20,000 nucleotides of DNA from an uncultured virus (IMG/VR IMGVR_UViG_3300048576_000363) (Duplodnaviria > Heunggongvirae > Uroviricota > Caudoviricetes): positions 110,640 through 130,639 of IMG/VR virus record IMGVR_UViG_3300048576_000363. One strand, 5' to 3'. Made by a program: the position numbers and the translations under genes. Each line of letters opens with the position of its first letter. The first letter of the stretch is position 1. Positions 1-6,467 of the stretch are shown in pieces. The notes beneath the pieces are model-generated. The model was not told the DNA's origin, searched no databases, and worked only from the letters and a program-made list of their open reading frames with translations.

Positions 1-733
1 GATTTGATGCTGTAAAATTATCTCTATTACCACTCATAAAATCTATATCTTCAAAAGCTAGAACTGTTGGTCCAAGATAAGCAAGAAACTCAAATAATTT
101 GCTTACAGCCATATATCTAAAAGATTCAGCTGTAACATAAATTCTACTTACATTTTTCTTATCAAGATCATTAAAAACAGCTTTAACTATCGATGTTTTA
201 CCTGTTCCAGGAGGACCATACATAACAAGTCCTCGCTTATTTACTCCTGAAGCAGCAAATTTTGAATTTCCTAGAAAATCAGAAGTATTTAAACGAATAT
301 CTTTTTTTGCTTTTTCAGAAAGAACTACATCGTCCCAAGATACTTTAGGAACATCTTTAAAAAACATAGTTTCTTTCTCAGAATACAAACATTTTCCTCT
401 ATACTGGTTTTTCTTAACCATATCCATTTCAAAATTATCAATCCATTGTTTTGCTTCTTCACGTGATTGAGCAAAACAATTTACATTGAAACTTCCATAT
501 TGCATATAAGCAGTTATAATTTTGTTATCATAAACAGCTGAAATATTTTCAATTGCAGGCATTGTCTCATACACATCAATTTGCAAATCGTCAACAGCAG
601 GTTTTTTTCCAAAATCTACGCTTGTAGCAATTTTTGGAGCTTGCTCTTTTATCAAATTTGTTAATGTATACTTTGCTATTGGAACTAGTAAACCATCATA
701 TGCTCGTGATACTGCTGTGAGTCCAAGAATCAT
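1..733 (-). CDS. AAA+ ATPase (3' end runs off the window)
   Basis: Not in the ORF track. Hand translation from ATG at 733 (AGGAG RBS upstream) is open to the window edge: MILGLTAVSRAY...VSWDDVVLSEKAKKDI...KRGLVMYGPPGTGKTS (Walker A)...TVLAFEDIDF (Walker B). Confidence 0.9.
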   Translation of the reverse strand, partial: MILGLTAVSRAYDGLLVPIAKYTLTNLIKEQAPKIATSVDFGKKPAVDDLQIDVYETMPAIENISAVYDNKIITAYMQYGSFNVNCFAQSREEAKQWIDNFEMDMVKKNQYRGKCLYSEKETMFFKDVPKVSWDDVVLSEKAKKDIRLNTSDFLGNSKFAASGVNKRGLVMYGPPGTGKTSIVKAVFNDLDKKNVSRIYVTAESFRYMAVSKLFEFLAYLGPTVLAFEDIDFMSGNRDNFTASN

Positions 734-762
734 AAGTCAAACTCCTATTTTAGTTAATTTAT

Positions 763-1152
763 TTACGGCGCAGATATAACATCATGTCTATCAAGTTTTT
801 CTTCAACAGGTTGTTTCTTTAACTTCAAATTTGTTATGTGATGTTCTTCAATTGGAAAAGCTTTTATTCTTTTTAAAACATCTATTACTTTCTGTTCACT
901 TTTAGCATCTGATCTAATTTCGAGTTCAAGTAAGTTTTTACCTTTAAATGTTGGAAATTCTTCATCATTTATATCGTAAACTCTTAACTCGACAACAAGT
1001 TTGCTTAAATGACGTTTTAATTCATCAAGTTTTGATTCGTCAATTCCCCAAGAACCAAGATCTTTAGGGTATTTTGTTGAACCTAAATGAATACTAGGGT
1101 CAATAGATGCAGCTGTTTTTAAAAGAATATCAGCCATTTCTTTTGAATTCAT
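763..1152 (-). CDS. hypothetical protein, 129 aa
   Basis: ORF with GGGAG RBS 5 nt before the ATG; co-oriented with neighbours; no recognisable motif. Confidence 0.75.
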   Translation of the reverse strand: MNSKEMADILLKTAASIDPSIHLGSTKYPKDLGSWGIDESKLDELKRHLSKLVVELRVYDINDEEFPTFKGKNLLELEIRSDAKSEQKVIDVLKRIKAFPIEEHHITNLKLKKQPVEEKLDRHDVISAP

Positions 1153-1225
1153 ATTTTCTCCCGTGTGTGCACAATAAAAAACTTTTACTCAATATATAAA
1201 AGTTTAGTATGTAAAATATTTCGAA

Positions 1226-1242
1226 ATAAAAACTATAGAAAA
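1226..1242 (-). promoter_or_regulatory. 17-bp intergenic motif copy 1 (TTTTCTATAGTTTTTAT), putative phage promoter
   Basis: Identical copy at 11566-11582; two-mismatch copies at 10071-10087 and 14165-14181. Contains a TAnnnT -10-like hexamer. Confidence 0.45.
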
Positions 1243-1255
1243 AATCTATCTTAAA

Positions 1256-1645
1256 TTAAGAACTTGAGTCTAACTCATCTAAGATTTTTTTAAGATCATA
1301 CTTTGGTTTTAGTTTGTATTTGTGATGTGTTTCGTCATATTCAAGAAGGGGATGTGGTGATGTTGTATCGACAAACATTTTTATAAAATTTTCACCACCT
1401 CGAAGCAAGTCATCTCTGCTTATTGTTTTTGCAGGATTTTTAATATGATATTTCCCAACTTGACCAAAGTCAGGCAACTCTATAGTGGGTTTATCGTCAC
1501 TTGTCAAGTCTTTAAGAATTTCTTTTTTTTCTTTGGGCTCAAGAAACTCAAAATATAAATCAGCGCCACCTTTCTCTTTTAAAAGAACATGTGGCATTGC
1601 TTCTTTAAGAATTTCATCGACAATTTTATGCAACTTTAAATTCAC
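1256..1645 (-). CDS. hypothetical protein, 129 aa
   Basis: GTG start with GGGAG RBS; no recognisable motif. Confidence 0.75.
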   Translation of the reverse strand: MNLKLHKIVDEILKEAMPHVLLKEKGGADLYFEFLEPKEKKEILKDLTSDDKPTIELPDFGQVGKYHIKNPAKTISRDDLLRGGENFIKMFVDTTSPHPLLEYDETHHKYKLKPKYDLKKILDELDSSS

Positions 1646-1677
1646 GTTATTCTCCCATTTAATAAAGAATAACGTGA
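1642..1677 (-). promoter_or_regulatory. perfect 12-bp hairpin sequestering the GTG start and part of the RBS of the 1256-1645 gene
   Basis: tcacgttattct (1642-1653) and agaataacgtga (1666-1677) are exact reverse complements with a 12-nt loop. Confidence 0.6.
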
Positions 1678-1688
1678 GAATAAAAACA

Positions 1689-1844
1689 TTATAAAACTTG
1701 AAATTCTTCTAATTGAACATGTACTGGTTGCAAACAGTTTACCTTTTCCCAACACTCAAACGAGCAAAAACCATCATCAGCGTCAGTATCTTCAACGTGA
1801 TACGTTTTATTACAATCAGGATTTGAGCATTTTGATTGAGACAT
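1689..1844 (-). CDS. small FCS/TRASH-like zinc-finger protein, 51 aa
   Basis: Hand translation MSQSKCSNPDCNKTYHVEDTDADDGFCSFECWEKVNCLQPVHVQLEEFQVL*; AAGGAG RBS; Cx4C...FCSxxC pattern. Below the ORF-track length cutoff. Confidence 0.75.
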   Translation of the reverse strand: MSQSKCSNPDCNKTYHVEDTDADDGFCSFECWEKVNCLQPVHVQLEEFQVL

Positions 1845-1871
1845 GTTTACTCCTTGTTAAAGTTTGTATTT

Positions 1872-4800
1872 TCAACCGCATCCTGAATAGTCAGCGCAAT
1901 CAATGCACTTGAAACATCCAGCCTGCATTACTACTCTACCACCACATTGCGGACATTTTAAACCTTTTAATTCAATACCATCACTTAATGTTTGTGATAA
2001 AAACTTTCTAACTGCTGTTAATAATGTAGAAATATTATCTCCATCAATTCCCATAAGAGAAACAAGAATATCTTCTCTTGGAATATTATGTCGCAAACAC
2101 AACGATATCATTCTACCAAGTCTGTTGTGAGGATAGTCAATATTTGCTTTACCAACTGTCTCTTTTACAATTTCATCAGAGACACCACAAGATAAAGCAA
2201 GTTTAGTTAAATTACGAGATGCTTTGTTACAAACTTTAAGTTCTTCGCCACCATATTGAGAATTCGTATAAATCCAGATACAAATAGGAAATTCTTTACG
2301 AGAATCTTCAGGCAAATAAGAGAAATGCAAATAAAACTTCTTGCCTTCTCTCTTAATTATATGAGTATCACCATTTATAAAAACATCAGGAAGTTTAATA
2401 TCTTTTGCAATAATTTCTCGTTTTTCAGCTTTACCTATGTCTGATAAAACAGATTCCATAGAGCCTTCTCTATAAGTAGTAAAACCATTAAGGCCTAACT
2501 TCCAAGCTTTCAAATAAAGCTGTTTAAAATCTTCAAACGGATATTCATTTGGAAGGTTTGCTGTTTTACTAGTACTTTGATTATTATAAAACTGAACTAC
2601 AGCTTGAATTGCAAGATGGTCATCAATATTCAAATCTTTAGTAGTAATTAAATATTTAGAATGATCTTGTTCTGGAAAATTATCAAGTAACCATTGGTAA
2701 CCATAATCTCTAACAATATTTATTTTACACAAACCTCGGTTATGAGGTTCATAGTAATATTCATAGTCACCAAATCTCCCTCTCCAATATTCATAATCTT
2801 TTTCTTTATAATGTTTAAGAATTTGTTTAACATTATCTTGACTCAAATCTTCTGGCCATGTTTGACAAACAACTTTCCTCTCATACTCGATTAAATAAAC
2901 AGGCTCAATCCCGTTACTTGTAACATCAGATAAAATAGAACTATTACCAAGAGGTGGTACTGTTGTTGTTTTTGCATTTCTTGCACCATATTTTTTTAAC
3001 AATTCGCGTGTTTCATCTGTTATTCTAGAAGAATTAAAAAATTCTGTTGCTTCAAATTGTTCTTTTATATATGCTCCAAAAACACCCTTTTCTTTTGCAA
3101 GTAATGCTGATGTTTGCCAAGTAAGGTTTTCTTTCAATTGACAGATTTTTTTTGCAAATTCTACAGCTTCTTTACTGTTGTAAGGGATTCTTAACATCAT
3201 CAACGCTGAACCAAGTCCATTAATACCCATACCTATTTGACGTAGATTGTCTATAACCCATTGATAACTTGGAAGTGGTGCATAAGTCAAATCATTAACG
3301 TTGTCTAACATTCTTGTAAAAATTCTAATATCTTCAATATACTCGTCAAAATCAAAATAAGTAGTTCCATCAGTTTTAATTCTGACATATTGTGTTAAAT
3401 TCAAAGAACCAAGGAGACAAACAGTCCCTATACTTGCAATACCAGGAACTTCCCCACAATTATTAACACATATTCCACTACTTCTTAAGAATTTATCGTC
3501 ATTCCAAGAAGTAAGAACGATATAATTGTGATTGTCATCAACGGTTATATTGTAAACGTCTTCGTAACCATGAAACTCTACTTTCTTGACTTTATGATTG
3601 AAAAATGCTTCTGTTTCAAGTAAATTAGAAAATTCAGTATAATTGCTACAATTAAATTCTTTTTGTCTAAATTTTTGCGGATATGGTAAGTTATTTGATT
3701 TACAAAATCCAAATAATTCTTGTCTTTTAGGTTTTCTTCCTATGCTTCTAGTAAAACCTACAAAATGCGATAAAAGCTCTTTTGATGTTATTTCATATGC
3801 TCTACCATTTTTTAAGCCTGATGTAGCTTTACTCATATTTTCACGATATTTCTGCTTATCTCGTAATCTATACATAGGATTGTTTTTACCAGATATATCG
3901 TGAAAACTTTGATGTTCTTGCTTTGTACACTTGACAAGGAACTCAGGTCTATCATCTAAAGAATTAAAATTACTATGATGAATTCTATCGTCTTTAGTTA
4001 TCTCTATATCTGGATTAAAAAATTCAAATATTAATCTGTATTGTCTTCTACTTAATCTTAAACCATTTGAGCGTTTTTTGTTTGAAGTATAAGAAATTTG
4101 ACGATAACCATTACTTTCATGTGAATTAAAAGGAAGAAGACTTTCTCCTGGTTTTAAGTTTTTTAACTCGACATCACCCTTATATCTTGTAGGTATTTTA
4201 TGGTCGGGTGTTGCAATAAAAACTGAATCATCATCGAGTGTAAGCTTCCAAACTTCTCTTTGTTCACCAGTAATTCTTGGGTTTCTACCCATCTTAATTT
4301 CAACTTTATCTGTGAGTTTATTTCTTGAATAAACTGGTAAATCTTTTCCTTCTTGCGCCAATTGCTTGATTGACACGCCATTTCTGCCATCAGCTGTAGC
4401 AATAATTGAACTACCTATTATGCAAGGGTTTGTCGCTGTTACTCGACCAAGATAAGCAATAGGATTGTTCCTCATCATATTGTCAGCAAATAAAACACCA
4501 GGTTCAGCTCTATCATAACACGATAGCATTATCAAGTCGTAAAGTTCTCTTGCTTTTATTCTCTTGAAAACTTTTCCATTAAAACTTTGTTCAAAAAAAT
4601 CATCATTCTCTACAGCTTTCAAGAAATCATCAGTTAAAACAACAGAAATATTGAATTTTGTAAGTTCACCAGAAGTTTGTTTTGCTCTAACAAATTCTTC
4701 ACAGTCAGGATGTGTAACGCTTAAAGCAGCAAGCATTGCTCCTTTTCGTATTGCATTTTTTATAACTGTTTTTGCTTCTTGAAATTTATCGTCGCCTAAA

Positions 4801-5387
4801 TAATTTTTGATTTTATCTACATAACCATCAGCATCACCTTGAACAATACATTGCGAAACGGCATCCCATATTTTCATATAAGCAACAACGCCAGGGTGCT
4901 TGATACCAGTTCCTTTTATAATAGAACTTCGAGGCCTAATAAAATCAAAACTTAATCCGTAACCACCTTCTGATGCAAGTGTTTTTGCTTGCTCTACAAT
5001 AGTCAAAAATATGTTTATTAAATCATCAGGGGTATCATCAGTTTCATATTCAATTGGAAACTTGATTAAGCCATTGTCAGTTTCACGCTTGTATGAGACT
5101 TTAGCATTACTAATGGGAGCAGCAACAAAACAATTTAACAATGTTGCTTTCTCGAAAATTGTACCTACGTTAGCAGTTATTCTACCACCAGTTGTACATT
5201 TAAGACCTACAGGTTCGTTTTCAATAGTACGAACTAAAGTGTTAAAAAACTTATCTACCCAATCTTCAGGTTTTTTTTCAACAGAAGCAAGTGCTTGAGC
5301 AACTCTAAAAAAAGTTTCTTTAGGTGTTTCATTGTTATATCTGTATTTTGATGTCCAGATTTCTCTAGCAAGTTCAGTTTTGAACAT
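1872..5387 (-). CDS. nrdJ: class II (adenosylcobalamin-dependent) ribonucleotide reductase precursor containing an intein
   Basis: GGRI, LLNCFV, RKGA, AEPGVLF, split NP/CGE active site, VCLLGSLNL, RQIGMG, PxGNSS, SNGIEP, SKTAN and TYREGS motifs; C-terminal CxxC..GCxxCxxC..SGCG Zn ribbon typical of NrdJ; no nrdB nearby. ATG at 5387 with AAGGA RBS is preferred over the TTG at 5420. Confidence 0.9.
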   Translation of the reverse strand: MFKTELAREIWTSKYRYNNETPKETFFRVAQALASVEKKPEDWVDKFFNTLVRTIENEPVGLKCTTGGRITANVGTIFEKATLLNCFVAAPISNAKVSYKRETDNGLIKFPIEYETDDTPDDLINIFLTIVEQAKTLASEGGYGLSFDFIRPRSSIIKGTGIKHPGVVAYMKIWDAVSQCIVQGDADGYVDKIKNYLGDDKFQEAKTVIKNAIRKGAMLAALSVTHPDCEEFVRAKQTSGELTKFNISVVLTDDFLKAVENDDFFEQSFNGKVFKRIKARELYDLIMLSCYDRAEPGVLFADNMMRNNPIAYLGRVTATNPCIIGSSIIATADGRNGVSIKQLAQEGKDLPVYSRNKLTDKVEIKMGRNPRITGEQREVWKLTLDDDSVFIATPDHKIPTRYKGDVELKNLKPGESLLPFNSHESNGYRQISYTSNKKRSNGLRLSRRQYRLIFEFFNPDIEITKDDRIHHSNFNSLDDRPEFLVKCTKQEHQSFHDISGKNNPMYRLRDKQKYRENMSKATSGLKNGRAYEITSKELLSHFVGFTRSIGRKPKRQELFGFCKSNNLPYPQKFRQKEFNCSNYTEFSNLLETEAFFNHKVKKVEFHGYEDVYNITVDDNHNYIVLTSWNDDKFLRSSGICVNNCGEVPGIASIGTVCLLGSLNLTQYVRIKTDGTTYFDFDEYIEDIRIFTRMLDNVNDLTYAPLPSYQWVIDNLRQIGMGINGLGSALMMLRIPYNSKEAVEFAKKICQLKENLTWQTSALLAKEKGVFGAYIKEQFEATEFFNSSRITDETRELLKKYGARNAKTTTVPPLGNSSILSDVTSNGIEPVYLIEYERKVVCQTWPEDLSQDNVKQILKHYKEKDYEYWRGRFGDYEYYYEPHNRGLCKINIVRDYGYQWLLDNFPEQDHSKYLITTKDLNIDDHLAIQAVVQFYNNQSTSKTANLPNEYPFEDFKQLYLKAWKLGLNGFTTYREGSMESVLSDIGKAEKREIIAKDIKLPDVFINGDTHIIKREGKKFYLHFSYLPEDSRKEFPICIWIYTNSQYGGEELKVCNKASRNLTKLALSCGVSDEIVKETVGKANIDYPHNRLGRMISLCLRHNIPREDILVSLMGIDGDNISTLLTAVRKFLSQTLSDGIELKGLKCPQCGGRVVMQAGCFKCIDCADYSGCG
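3459..4424 (-). mobile_element. intein (322 aa) in the RNR active-site NP/CGE motif, with HNH-like and NUMOD3-like internal region
   Basis: TATNP|CIIGSSIIATADG...ATPDHKI (block B TxxH)...EDVYNITVDDNHNY (block F)...ICVNN|CGEVP. Removing it restores NPCGE. Internal IHHSNFNSLDDRPEFL...HQSFH and SGKNNPMY motifs. Confidence 0.92.
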
Positions 5388-5406
5388 GATTAGTTTTTCC
5401 TTAGCG

Positions 5407-5589
5407 TTAATAGCGTTCAAATTCTTTTATGTGAGTGGAGAGTAATTCCGAAGTAAAAATTAATGCTTGAAGCTCTTTGTTAGTGAACTTAAATCGTTCT
5501 ACTTTTTCATTAGAACCTTCAATGATATTTCCAATATGTTCTAATGCATTAATGAAATCTTGTTTTTTTTCTAAAAGTTTGTCATTCAT
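5407..5589 (-). CDS. hypothetical protein, 60 aa
   Basis: ATGA overlap with the upstream Zn-ribbon ORF; fills the gap before nrdJ. Confidence 0.7.
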   Translation of the reverse strand: MNDKLLEKKQDFINALEHIGNIIEGSNEKVERFKFTNKELQALIFTSELLSTHIKEFERY

Positions 5590-5741
5590 GATAAAGATTC
5601 TTCGTGTATGTTTAATATATCTTTATGCTCATAACCACAGTTTAAACAAATAGAGACTTTCAATACTTTTTGAAAGTCTCCTTCAACATTTTTTGTATCG
5701 ACTTTAATTTTTGAAGAACCGCATTTTGCACATGTTTTCAT
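5586..5741 (-). CDS. small zinc-ribbon protein, 51 aa (CxxC-x24-CxxC)
   Basis: Hand translation MKTCAKCGSSKIKVDTKNVEGDFQKVLKVSICLNCGYEHKDILNIHEESLS*; AAGGAG RBS; ATGA coupling to the next gene. Below the ORF-track length cutoff. Confidence 0.8.
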   Translation of the reverse strand: MKTCAKCGSSKIKVDTKNVEGDFQKVLKVSICLNCGYEHKDILNIHEESLS

Positions 5742-5876
5742 TTTTTAATCTCCTTTAATATTTCTATAAAAAGGAGCAATAAAAACACTAAAAAAACAAG
5801 TCTTTTGTTTATCAAAAGTAATAAGAAAAGAGAACTACGTTATGTCTGGAAGTGAATATTAGAAGCTAAAAGAAGA

Positions 5877-6452
5877 TTAATCTACATCAATTCCTTGCTC
5901 AACAAGTTTTTTTGCAGCTAAAAATTCTTGCGGATTATAACCTTTGAGTTTCTCTAACCAATTCTCGTTATCTGGCAGTTTTTGCATTATTGTATATAAT
6001 TCATCAAAACTAATAGGCATAAAACTATTGTTATCTACACCTACGTCATAAGATTTTCCCAAAGATGCTAATTCACCATGTGAGTGTCCATAACAATGCC
6101 AAGAATTAAAATGTGATTTTTCCCAAACGCGCATTGCAAAATGACAAAGAACTATAGTAGTTTTTTCTATTACAATAGTTTTCATCTTATGAACACTACT
6201 AAATCCTGTTAAATCACCTTTGTCGTGATTCCCTTCAATCAGAATAATGTTCCCGTTTAATCTTCTTAAATAAATCAAAGGGTTCTTAAAGGAGAAATCT
6301 CCAAGGTGATAGACTGTGTCTGTCTTACTCACAACAGAATTCCAATTTTTTATTATTGTCTCATCCATTTCATCGACAGAAGCAAAAGGACGGTTACAAT
6401 ATCTAATTATATTATCATGACCAAGATGTGTATCAGCTGTAAAAAAAAACAT
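5877..6452 (-). CDS. calcineurin-like metallophosphoesterase
   Basis: DTHLGH, HLGDF, GNHD, LCH, GHSH and DVGVD motifs of the common phage phosphoesterase family. Confidence 0.92.
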   Translation of the reverse strand: MFFFTADTHLGHDNIIRYCNRPFASVDEMDETIIKNWNSVVSKTDTVYHLGDFSFKNPLIYLRRLNGNIILIEGNHDKGDLTGFSSVHKMKTIVIEKTTIVLCHFAMRVWEKSHFNSWHCYGHSHGELASLGKSYDVGVDNNSFMPISFDELYTIMQKLPDNENWLEKLKGYNPQEFLAAKKLVEQGIDVD

Positions 6453-6467
6453 AAAACCTCATAAAAA

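Noticed and set aside
768..778. GCGCAGATATA also present inverted near 17810-17820
   Set aside because: A single 11-bp match, one copy inside a CDS; consistent with chance, and no element boundaries are evident.
4163..4402. Alternate-frame minus ORF inside the intein (also 10045-10278 inside the radical SAM gene)
   Set aside because: Fully or largely nested in conserved coding frames, with no independent support.
5742..5876. Cobalamin riboswitch or NrdR boxes upstream of the nrdJ unit
   Set aside because: The gap is short and AT-rich, with no B12-box and no NrdR-box palindrome visible.
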